Assembly: GCA_965112735.1 (NCBI GenBank)
Contig: OZ218952.1
Coordinates: forward strand, 1,922,001-1,986,000
From: Phaeosaccion multiseriatum
Lineage: Eukaryota > Protista > Ochrophyta, other classes
Length of the DNA stretch: 64,000 nt
Direction: 5' to 3'
This document shows positions 1 through 11,392 of this stretch, piece by piece. The position numbers were made by a program, and so were the translations under genes. Numbering within the stretch: the first letter of the stretch is position 1; each line of letters begins with the position of its first letter. The notes under the pieces were generated by a model, which was not told the origin of the DNA, did not search any database, and worked only from the letters and a program-made list of their open reading frames with translations.

Positions 1-12
1 GGTTTAGGTATG

Positions 13-39
13 TTTCAGTTTCAGTTTTATTTGACCTCG
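13..39 (-). mobile_element. Possible 3' tail of a non-LTR retroelement or SINE: CGAGG.CAAATAAA(CTGAAA)n
   Basis: The same tail and the adjacent bases recur at 45739-45770. No RT ORF is seen. Confidence 0.35.
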
Positions 40-489
40 CTCCAATCAACCTCCCTGAGGGGTAGGCCGCCAGGTTGACAAAGTAGGGAGGAACGTCACC
101 GGGCTATCAATCCAAGGCCCCAATCCAAGTGCCCATGTGGGTGGCTCCTCACAATTCCTGGGCAATCCGGACAGCTCGCTGTTTCGTTCACTCCTCGTCG
201 ATGTATGGTGAGTGAGTTTGGGTGCCCAACTTCCCCCAGGGTGGGCGCTGTTTTGTGAGTTTGAGCTCAATTTTTTTCTTTTCCCATCCTCCCCTCGAGG
301 AAGTAAAAGGAGCAGCGGGAGCTAGTTGGAGGGTATATTGCAAGGACGGGGAAGATAACTGCACTTTCTGCTTTGCCTCCAGTCATTACCGCCGTCCTTC
401 GATCAAGTAGCAGAGAACAATCTCACAAACGAAGAGGGGAGACCCTCTCTCCCTTGTTCCCTCTCCATAGGTGGCCTTCGTGTTGAATC

Positions 490-1848
490 ATGGTGCGTAG
501 AATTGAAGCTGTGGACTATTAGACGGGAAAGGGTAGCCATGGGCCCCGTCTGCCCTTTGGCGCCTTGTATCTGCTGCTCCGGGAAATGGTTATGTGAAAA
601 GAGGGGGAGGTTGTACCCGCTGCTTGCAAGCCCCCCAAAAGGCTGCAAGATCTGGTAGCCTCTCCCTCTTATAGGGCTTCTGCTCGAAGTGCTTGGGATT
701 TATGCTGATGGGCTGCATCGCTGAGCATGTTGCGCGTCGAGCACATCTCATCTTGACCAGTTGCACGGCTTCCTTCTGTGGCGTTTCCATTGTCTCACTC
801 TACCTCTGACTCTCTCTCTCTCTCTCTCTCTTGTCCCCCCATCCTGCTACACCTGGAACTGCTCTCCCTTCTCTCTCTCGTTCCCTCCCTCTCTGTCTTT
901 GTGTCTCTCTCCCACCTACTTCTGCTGTAGGTGGTACTTTCTGCAGGTATCACCACCAAGAATGGCAAGCCCCTTTTAGCTCGGCAGTTCGTGGACATGA
1001 GCCGCATCCGAATCGAAGGTGAGCAGCAGCCAGCAGCAGCAGTAAGTGCAGCAAGGCACTAGCAGCGCAGGCTTCAGTACCGCGTGGGTGCGTCCCGGCA
1101 CACAGAAAGCCAAGCCTGGTTGACCCTAGTGCATGCGGCACACAGGGGTTGCGGGCAGGGCTGTTACTGGGGTCTATCGTGGAATGAGGGGGAAGCGCAA
1201 GAAGAAGGAAGGGTGGAATGAGCGAGCGAGTGTTAAGAGAAGCAGCCGGGAGCGCTGTCCGCTATGGGAAGGAAGGAGGTCCTTTCGCCCCCTGACATTC
1301 GTTTGTGCTTCGCTGTTAATCTTGCGCCCCTCTTTGCTGCCTGCGGTGGGTGGCCCCTTATGATGTGAAATGAATACTTAATGCTCAGGGCTAATGGCGG
1401 CATTCCCCAAGCTCATGGGCACGGGTAACAAGCAGCACACCTTTATTGAGACGGAGAGTGTGCGCTATGTGTATCAGCCCATCGAGAGCTTGTTCCTCCT
1501 CCTCATCACCAACAAGGCCAGCAACATTGTGGAGGACCTAGAAACCCTCCGGCTGCTCTCTAAGCGTAAGTCTAAGTCTGGGTGGCAGTGGTGGTGTTGT
1601 TGTTGTTGTTGTTGTGCTGCAGTGGTGTTGTTGTTGTTGCTGTCCTGCAGTGGTGATAATGTGATGTCTGTGCATGTGTGTGCCAATGCCCAATCAGTCC
1701 CAGTCAGCGTGTAGAAGGCCCGCTGCCCCTGCTCCCCCTTCCCTCTTGGCCCATGTCTACCTACTTTCGCTGCCCCTCCCAATCCAACCCTACCCTTCCC
1801 TGCCTGCCCCTGCTTCTATGACTCCTGCCCTGTGCGCCTGTGCTACCG

Positions 1849-1886
<38 letters not shown>

Positions 1887-3100
1887 GCTGCTGCTACTAC
1901 TACTACTACTACTACTCCTGCTACTACTGCTACTACTACTCTACTACTACTACTGCTACTTCCGGCACTGGTATACAACACAACAGTTGTGCCCGATGTG
2001 GCCGGGGGCGCCAGCGAAGACAACGTGTCCAACAACTGCTTCGAACTCATCTTCGCCTTCGACGAGGTGATCACAACTGGCGGGCACAAGGAGAGCATCA
2101 ACTTGCAGCAGATCAAGACTAACCTAGAGATGGACTCGCACGAGGAGCGTCTGCACAACATGATTCAGGTGAGGTGGGGGATGGCAGTGGACGGTAGAGG
2201 ATGGCAGTGGATGGGCAGCAGGGGTCAGTACTGGACGGCGTTGGTTGGCTGGTCGGTTGGTTGGTTGGCTTGTGTCTTAGCTTAGAAAACGTGCTCTCTC
2301 TCGGTGGTTTTGGCTTAGAAAACATGCTCTCTCTCTGTGTGTTGAGAGTAACGTGACGTAACGTGAGGCCAGTCGATTCGCGATGACGTCCCACACCTCC
2401 TTCAGTCCGCTTTCACGCTCTTCCTTCGCCTCTGTCGCGCTTGTTTTCACACTTTCTCTCTCCCTCTCTCTCTCTATTTCTCTGACCGCAACCCATCCCC
2501 CCCCACCTGCCTCTCCACTTCCCTTCCCTCTCGTAGGAGTCAAAACGCGTGCAAGCCAAGGAAGAAATGGCCAAAAAGGCCAAGGAGTTACAGGCCCAGC
2601 AGAACATACGAGGCATGCAAGGCATAGGCTCAGGCAGCGGAGGCGGGGGGGGCGGGGGGGGGATGGGGGGCGGAGATGGAGGTTACGACGCGGGCGGAGG
2701 GGCAGGGATGGGGGGCAGCTTCGACCCCTTTGCGGGGGGAGGGGGCTCTTCATCATCGTTCAGCACAAGGTGAGTGAGTGAGTGAGTGAGTGAGTGGCAG
2801 TGGACAGCGTAGAGAGGGGGAAGATGGCAGTGGACGGGTAGGGAGGGGGGATGGCAGTGGACGGGTAGGGAGGGGGGATAGCAGTGGACTGGTAGGGAGG
2901 GGGGATGGCAGTGGACGGCTTAGTGCGCCGGAGGATGCTCGAGCGGTGGTGGGCCTTAGGAGGTGCAGTCCAGGAGTCGGGGGCTGATGCAAAGATGATA
3001 TGGAGGCGGGAGGGGTGTAAGGTTTGGGGTGGGGGTGGTGACTGATCTTCTGGGGCCTATCTTCTAGGCTTGGGCATTCATTTGTCGAGCCTTGTGAACG

Positions 3101-3131
<31 letters not shown>

Positions 3132-4986
3132 AGCGCGCGCGCAGGCATCGAGAGATTAGAACGAGGAAGTTGATATTTTTCTGAGAACAACAAAAAGGGC
3201 AACTCATCCATCATGCAAGCGTTTTGATTGAATGTTTCTGTTGTCTGGTACTCCTTTTTTCTATCCGTTGGGAACCAAACCACCCCTCTCTTCCTTGTTT
3301 GCTCCTCAACAGTGCTGTGCCCCAGGCCGCCAAGCCTGCTGCCGCCGCAGCAAAGAAGGGCATGAAGCTGGGGGGCGGCGCCAAGGGAAAGAACGTGTTG
3401 GATAGCCTCATGGCGGAGGAGAAGCTTGCCCCGCTGGCTCCTCTGGGCAGCAGCAACAGCCAGGCGGCGTCTGCTGCTGCTGTACCAGATGCCATTCCGC
3501 AGGCGGCGCCGGCCGCGTCTCATCCTGTAACACTCGTGCTGGATGAGAAGGTGAGGGGAGGCGAGGGAGGGAAGGGAAGAGGGAGGAGGTAGAGGAGGGA
3601 GGGGAGGGTAGGACTTATTTGCATGTTCGGCGACGATTGCTTGGTCTTCATCCAGCTGCCACAACTCTCCATTACTTGCTTCGCTCCTCCGTCTTCACTC
3701 CTTCCTATCCCGGTCCTCCCCCCCTCCCTTCCTTCTGCGCCGCTACACCGAGCAGCTGGTGTGTCAGCTGTCGAGGGAAGGCGCTCTTGAGTCGCTGGAG
3801 CTCAAGGGAACTCTCGCCGTCACCACCATCTCAGAGCATGTCAACAAGTGCGAGGTGCTGCTGGAGGTGGACGAGAGCGGCTTCAACTTCGCCGCCAACC
3901 CCAAGGTCAACAAGCAACGATACGACGAGGAGAAGGTGCGTGCTAGTGTGCGGCCGTCTGCTGCAGGAGCACAGTGGAAATGAGTGGTGCAGTCGACAGC
4001 TTTGACTTTGAGAGTGGAGAGCAGACCAATGAGGGGGACAGAAGGGGAGTGTTTACCCCCTCATCCTAACCCGAGACTCAAGAGAGCTTTGTCTCCTGTA
4101 TGCCCCCCCCCTCTATCTTGTCCTTCCATCTCGTGTGTCTTTCTCTTCATGTCGCTCACCCCTCTCGATCACCCCTCTCGCTCTCTCCTCTCTCTCTCAT
4201 CTCTCTCTCTCTCTGTCACCTCTCTGTCACCTCTCTCCCCGCCCCGCTCCGCCCTCTCTGACCCCCCCCCCCCCCTCCCCACCACCACCCACCACTGTCC
4301 ACCACCATCCACCACCATCTCCACCCGGCCAGGTCATCGTGCTCAAGGATGCCACCAAGGGCTTCCCTGTGGGTCGGCCCGCCAGTGTGCTGAGGTGGTC
4401 TCTGAGCACAGTGGACGAGGCGGCCATGCCCCTGACCATCAACTGCTGGCCCGAGGAAGAGGGCGGGGGCACCATGAATGTCAACATTGAGTACAGCTTG
4501 TGCAGAGCGGGAATGGAGCTGCATGATATTAAGATTGTCGTCCCGCTCGGCACCACCAGCGCACCACAGGTAGGTTTGTGTCACGGCCCCGCTTTTTTTG
4601 CTCCTCCTCCTCCTCCTCCTCCTCCTCCTCCTCCTCCTCCTCCTCACACTGCCCCTCCCCACCGTCCCTACCCAACTGCCCTCCCCCCCAACTCACACAC
4701 ACATTCAAAGATTGTGAGCATCGACGGCTCCCACCAACACCTCGCCAACGAGGGAGAGCTCGTGTGGAACATCGACATGATCGACTCTTCCAACGGGTCG
4801 GGATCGCTCGAGTTCAACATTGAGCAGCGAGACGCAGACGCCTTCTTCCCCATCCAGGCGGCCTTCTCATCGTCCAACCTGTTTGCTGCCATCCGAGTGC
4901 TCGGCGTGACAGCCTCCGATACGGGCAACCCGGTGCAGTTCGGCAGCACCGCCAGGCTATCGACGGACAACTACGTCGTCTCTTGA
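490..4986 (+). CDS. ARCN1: Coatomer subunit delta (delta-COP), 9 coding exons
   Basis: Phase-consistent exons: 490-492 (ATG only, inferred), 931-1018, 1389-1565, 1987-2168, 2537-2769, 3313-3550, 3756-3935, 4333-4569, 4711-4986. They give [86 protein letters not shown] (longin domain) and a C-terminal mu-homology domain ([21 protein letters not shown]). Confidence 0.97.
1848..1960. repeat. (CTA)n/(CTG)n intronic microsatellite
   Basis: Direct reading; lies inside delta-COP intron 1566-1986. Confidence 0.95.
2795..2920. repeat. 27-bp minisatellite GGCAGTGGACGGGTAGGGAGGGGGGAT, about 4-5 copies
   Basis: Direct reading in a delta-COP intron. Confidence 0.9.
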
Positions 4987-5715
4987 TTACGTCTCCTTTC
5001 CCGTCTCGGTCGGTTGGTTCATTTCGTTTTGATTGATTCAAACAAAATGACAACGACGAGAGGAGAAGGAGAAGATAGAGGCAGTGGAAGGGTAGGGAAG
5101 CGAAGCCAGTGTAGGTGGGATGGGTGTGGGAGGCGGGAGCAGAGCGTGAACATCCTCTGTAAAACTGGAAACTGCTGAATACACATCAACGTTTTCTCTC
5201 ATCGTTCCCTTTTGTGTACCGTCTGTCGGAGTCCGACGGCGCCTATGTACGCGATTCTTGCCTACGCCTGGGCCATTGCCATGTCTCCAGCCTTGCCTCC
5301 GCCTAGGCCATTGCCTGACACAGCGCTTCGAGCATCACCAGGGTTTAACTGGAGTCGACATCGATGCAGGGGGGGGGGGCATCGCGTAATTTCAATTTTT
5401 TTTTACCTCTCTTCAATTCATCTCTTGCTTTATATTATCTGTAACAATGCTTCGCTTCTCCTGTTCCGGACATGAGCCAGTGAGGGTGGTGACAGGCCTA
5501 TAACCAGAAAAAGCGCCTCCTGGCGCCCGCTACCATCTGCTGCCATCTGCTACGCCAAACAATGTCCCCATCATTGAAGAGCAAAGAGCAAATGTAAGCT
5601 TATGTCACTATGGTAGTTTGGATTTGAGTTGATTATCGTCAACCCCCTCCCGCTCCGTCCCCATACACACACAGAGAGAGAGAGAGAGTGAAGGGAGGGG
5701 ATAGACGGACAGAAA

Positions 5716-5718
5716 GGC

Positions 5719-5812
<94 letters not shown>
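5716..5812. repeat. (ACAG)n microsatellite
   Basis: Direct reading. Confidence 0.97.
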
Positions 5813-5813
<1 letters not shown>

Positions 5814-5933
5814 AGAACAGGAAGACCGACATTTAACTCGCCGGCTCCCCTTCCTCCCTCTCCCTCCCTCCCATCCCAGCTCGAACGCTCATTCGCCTCG
5901 CCTCGCGTCGCCTGGCCTGGCCTTGGCTCGTAC

Positions 5934-7214
5934 TCATACGAGCGTCGCCGTCTGTTGCGGCTTGGCCTGGAAGGGCGTAAAGTTAGCGCCCCCTTGTCCC
6001 CCACCCGCCCCCACCCCACCAACAAGACCCACAGGCGCCGAGTACCTCCTCTCTCCGGCTCTCCCCCCCGCTCGGGCAATGCCACCGGATGGCAGCTTGC
6101 GCACGGCCTCGTCGTGCATATCCTCCCGTGCCTTCATCGCCTCCTTCTCCTCCATACTCTTCATATCCTCGAAGCGATGGCCGTTGTTGGCCCACCACAG
6201 ACGGGCACTCTCCTCCGTGAAGACGTCGAGGTCAAAGATCGCGGAGATGATCTGTGAAATGTGGAGGAGGAGGAGGAGGAGGAGGAGGAGGAGGAGGAGG
6301 AGGAGGAGGAGGACGATGAATGACAGAGTGATGGGGTACGAGAGAGAGGCGACCAAGAGGAGCACTAACTACGTAACCCCCTAGTACCGTCCTCCGTGCC
6401 TCTACCAATAGCCCCCTGCCCCCAGCGGGCCATAGACACATGCACCGCACACACGCACACACACAGACATACGTAATTCTTGGGTTGATTCCTATAAGCC
6501 AAACAAATTCCTCTACCATCAGAGGGACACACGATCAAGCGTATATCCGCGGCGATGAGAGCGGTAGAGAGACGGGTCGCACAGCAAGCAAGCAGGCCTC
6601 CCCAAGGGGGTATGTCAGATTTGATTCTTCTCACCTTTTCCTCGTGAGGAGGCGCCTCCTTCTTGCCCACAAGCAGAGAGAGGCCTGTTCAATAAACAGT
6701 TGAGTTGACAGTTGAGTTGACAGTTTCATAACAAGGCGAGGGAGCGAGCAGCACACGAGAGAGAGAGAGGGAGAGAGAGCGCGCGAGAGAGACAGAGAAA
6801 GAGAGAGAGACAAAGACAGAGAAAGAGAGAGACAGAGACAGAGAAAGAGAGAGCGAGAGGGACGGGGAAGTAACAAGGAAGTGAGAGCGAGAGAGGGAAG
6901 GGGAAGTAACAAGGAAGTGAGACTCGTGGTGCGAGACGGAGACAAAGCAGCTCAAGTCCCCCTCTCTCTCCCCCCCCCCCCGGGGAATGCGGGAAAGGAA
7001 TGAGCTCCCCTCCTCGCGGCCTGTGAGCCTGGCCTCTACTCACCCTGCTCCCGCGTGACTCTGTCCTTCCGCTTGTAGGTGGATGTGAGTATAAAGGCCG
7101 ACACGTCTCGCACACGATAGTGGCCCTTGCCTGCCTGCTGCTTGCAGAAGAAGACCGTCTGTGGTGGGTCATGTTATGAGGGGTGCGTACGTGTATGTGT
7201 ATGTGTATGTGTGT

Positions 7215-7254
<40 letters not shown>

Positions 7255-10200
7255 AGATGGAAGTTTGGATTAGCAGGAGACGGGAGGAAGGACGGACGGC
7301 GGACGGACAGACCACACGGGACAACCCGACGAAACCGATGAAACAGACAGACCGATAGACAAAGCGTGCGCAAGGCGAAGGGGAAGGGGGGGAGGGGGAA
7401 GGTACATTGACCTAGTCCTTCGTTCGGTTGCCGCTTGTCTCGAGCCTTCGCTCCCCCACAGCCGATCCCGACTTGCTCTCCCACACTCACACAAGAAGAG
7501 AATGCGGCGCGTTCGGGACACCTTCTTCAGCTGCCATTTACTGCCCTCTACTGCCATCTGGCCATCTGCTGCCATCTACCGCCGTCTTCTGCCGTACCTG
7601 ATTCTCCCGCGCGTCGCCTTCGCCCTCTCCACCTTCAACCGCCGGCTTCCCGTCCTGCTGCTCTTGGCCTTGGCCTCGACCCTCTGCCCCTCCGTCCGCC
7701 TCCTCCTCCTCCTCCTCCTTCTCCTCCTCGCTGCCCGGTGTCGCTGTATCACCTCCTGCTGCTGCTGTCTCCGCTGCTACCAACTTGTCAGCGGCGCTGC
7801 TGTCTATCGTGGCCTTGGCGGCTGCCACCGCTGCCAGCGCATCCGCTATGGCTTCTTGTTCCTTCGTAACCTGCAGCAGAGCATAACAGGTAGTTCAGAC
7901 TCTTTTCACACGGGAGCAGGGGGTCGTTGTTTGTGCCATCACACCCCAGGAGCCCTCCTCACCTCCTCTCTCCTCTCCCTCTCCCTCTCCCTCTCCCTCT
8001 CCCTCTCCCTCTCCCTCTCCCTCTCCCTCTCCCTCTCCCTCTCCCTCCCTCCCTCTCCCTCCCCCTCTCCCTCTCCCTCTCCCTCTCCCTCCCTCTCCCT
8101 CTCCCTCCCTCCCTCCCTCTCCCTCTCCCTCCCCCTCTCCCTCTCCCTCTCCCTCTCCCTCTCCCTCTCCCTCTCCCTCTCCCTGTCCCTCTCCCTCTCC
8201 CTCTCCCTCTCCCTCTCCCTCTCCTTCCCTCTCCCTCCCTCCCTCCCTCTCCCTCTCCCTCTCCCTCTCCCTCTCCCTCCCCGCACCTTAGCGAGGTCGG
8301 CATCTGTGACTCCTAGCTGCGGCGCTGTGGTCCGTCGGTTCCTCTTCACCGCAACACGCTTTTTCCCGTCCTTGGTCTTTGCCACAGACCCTCTCCGCGG
8401 CGGTGAATTGCTCTGCGGCACAGCCAATGGAGAGAAGGAGAGAAGAACGAGGACAAGAATGAAGAGGAAGAGGAAGAAGAGATTGGGTAGAGATGAGCAG
8501 GAAGAGGAAGAAGAGAATGGTTGCTGAGGAGCGAGACACGGATTGAGTGAGTGAGCGAACTGGCCGGCGAGCGGCAGGTAGAGAGGATGTGATACGCTGT
8601 GGTGCAGGGCTGTGGTGCAGGGAGAAGGAAGGGACACTCTTCAGGGATGAAGGGGGGGGCGACGGACAGTGGCGCCTGCCAACGGTCCACTCAGCTAGCC
8701 AGTAGGCAGGCAGGCAACAAGCAAGAAGGCAAGCAAGAAAGAAAGCAAGAAACGCAACGCAATCAATGCAACGCAACGCTTGCAAGGAAGCGAGCGAGCA
8801 AAGCAAGCGACAACCAAACCAACAACCAAGCAACAGCCAGCCACAGAAGAAGGAGGAGGAGGACCAATACGAGGGGCTGTGTGGTGTGCTCACTTCTTCC
8901 TTCACTTTGCCCCTCTTACCTTCTCTGGATCCGGGATGCCGGCCATACTCCGCTGACTATCCCTCCTTTTGAAAGAGGCTCGTCTAAGGGCCCTCTCTTG
9001 CTCCGCCACCTGAGGGGTGTGAGTGAGTGAGTGAGTGAGTGAGTGAGTGAGTGAGTGAGTGAGTGAGTGAGTGAGTGAGTGCAAGGGTGGGAGAGGAAGT
9101 GCCACTACTCAGGATTGAAGGTCGAAGGGCAGTGTCTGTCTCTCTCACGAGAAGTATGGTTGGCTGTTTCGGGTCTGTGAACCCTGACCCTAACCCTGAC
9201 CCTGACCCTGACCCGGGAGGGTCCTCTGCAGCAGCCTCTTCGACGATTCGCAAAAGCCGAAGCTCGCATTTGCTTCACTCCTGATAGAACACAGAGCCCT
9301 GATAGATGAATGGCCTTCTCTGTCCCTCTCTGTATCTGCCTTTTCTCTCTCTTCTTCTATTGCTCTCTCTTCCTCTCCGTCTCTTTCTCCCCATCTCCCT
9401 GTATCTCTCTGTACCTCCCTCTTCCCCTCTTCCCCCCTCTTCTTCTCCCCATCCTCCCTACCTCGCTCTCCCCTCCCCTCCACCCCCCCCCTCTCCCTCA
9501 CTCACCTCCTGAGTCATTTTGTTCTCCACCGCCGAAGCTTGGGCGGGGCGCATGGAAGCCTGACTGTTCTTCACGTCGGGTGAGAATGAGTGACCTTTTG
9601 CGGAAAGTACGAGAGAAGAAGAGCGGGGCAGAAGATGGGGAGGGGTGAACAGGAGAGGTAGGGTTAGCGCTTGCTACTGAAGCCCACAGGGCGCTCAATC
9701 GTCTTGTGCTCTCATCGAAGGCTTTTGTAGAGCCGCGGAATGTTTAGAAAGAGAGAGGGAGAGAGGAGAGAGGGGAGGAGAGAGAAAGGGAGAGAGAGAG
9801 AGAGGAGAGAGAGGAGAGAGAGAGTAGAGAGAGCGAGAGAGAGAGCGGGAGAGAATCAACGGCGCGGGGGAGCGTTTGAGCGTGTCCCTCACCATCTTTC
9901 TCGTTGACCATCTCCTTCGCCTTTTGCTCCAAGGACAACTCCTTGCGCTTCAGCCAGTGCTGCTGCCGCTCCACGAAGGACATCCCACTCAGGTCCGCCT
10001 GATCGGACGAAGATGATTTGTCATCGTCATCTCCTCCATCTCCTCCGTCCCCTCCTCCGGCGGCTACGGCAAGAGCCTCATCTCTAACCCCGCCCCCTGA
10101 GGCCCCGACGCTACTCCTCCGACGCATAAGCCCTGCGAGGTGGTCGGGAGGGAGGAAGAGAGGGAGGGGGGGGGGAGGTAGAGAGAGAGGGAGAAAGAAA

Positions 10201-11091
10201 GAAAGAAATAAAGAACGAAAGAACGAGAGAGGGACAGAATGAGAGAGAGAAAGAAAGAGAGACGAGAAAGAGAGAGAGACAGAGAGATAGAGGGAAGGCC
10301 ACAATTCGGCAAAGGGCAAGTGCCAGAGTAGAGCAGATAAACGACTCTCAGGTCCTGATCGGGCTCTGAATGAATCGAAGTGGAACGTACCGTATTGTGC
10401 TCCTCCCCCCACCTCGTCCTCGACTAAAGCAGCGAGCTCGATGATAACATGCTGGCATCACAAGAAAGGAGGACGACCAGGAGATGAAGAGGAAAAAGAG
10501 CAGCATCACGAACAGGAGTTACAACAAGCACAAGAGGAGCAGCGGGGTGGAAAGTGGAGGAGTTAACTAGGGGTAGTCGCGTGTGCGTGTGTGAGGGACA
10601 ATGCACATGAGAAAGGGTCGCTCTCAAGATTGGGGAGCGGCGTGGTGCTCTTCCACAGCTGAGAACTCTGGTGAAGCACAGCAGTATCTAGTAGATCACG
10701 CTTCACGACCTGGCTAACCACGATGGGGCAAGCATGGAATTAAGAACGAAGAATCTGATCTGTCCCGACCCTCTGATTCCTTGCCAAAATCAGCAGCAGC
10801 TGAAGCAGAACCTGCTCACCAGCACGGAAGGACTCCGCCCACCCTATTATTTCCGAGAGCTCTTACCTTCCAGCACTTGAATCGGAGATGTGGGTAGGCA
10901 TTGCCTCTCTGTAGCTGCTGCTTGATGAGGTCCACCGCACCTTCGACGGTGAGCTCCTCTGCGCTCGTCTCCATCCACTCACTCAAAATCTTCTCCTTGT
11001 GCTCCCACCATTTGGCCTTATTACCGCCGCTCTTTTCTAAAGCAGAGAGGAGAGCTCTCCTCTCCTTGATGGCCTTCGCTGCCGTCGCCAT
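5934..11091 (-). CDS. Hypothetical multi-exon protein: coiled-coil/low-complexity middle, conserved-looking ~85-aa C-terminal domain
   Basis: First exon [20 protein letters not shown] then a GT donor; internal exon [24 protein letters not shown]. The last exons 7158-7044, 6684-6635 and 6251-5934 splice in phase to [82 protein letters not shown]. Middle exons are not fully resolved. Confidence 0.68.
7972..8280. repeat. (CTCCCT)n hexamer tract, intronic
   Basis: Direct reading; follows the donor after ..DADLAK on the minus strand. Confidence 0.97.
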
Positions 11092-11392
11092 TCCGAAATG
11101 CTCTGGGCCTTTCTCAGCTCAGCAAACCGCGCTGGCGTTCTCTCACTCACAAAGGCATTACTTCCCTTCCTCCGCTCTCGTGGGCCCCCTTGTTTCTGCG
11201 CGCGATTTTTGTGTGAAACAACCTCTTTATGCGCTGCTCCGCTCTGTTGCTCCCCCCCCCCCCCCGCCGTCCCTGAGGAACCTGGACGTAACGGCAAATG
11301 AGTTTAAATTTGCGCTTCACTTCCTCTTTCTCTTCCTCTCCAGAGGTGCAGAGAACTGCAGAGAACGAGCCTTTGGACACAATAGCAAGGCA

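Noticed and set aside
7502-8637. LS-, LP-, RE- and RG-repeat ORFs
   Set aside because: Products of the intronic (CTCCCT)n tract; the same applies to many CT, GA, GT and GAGT repeat ORFs in the window.
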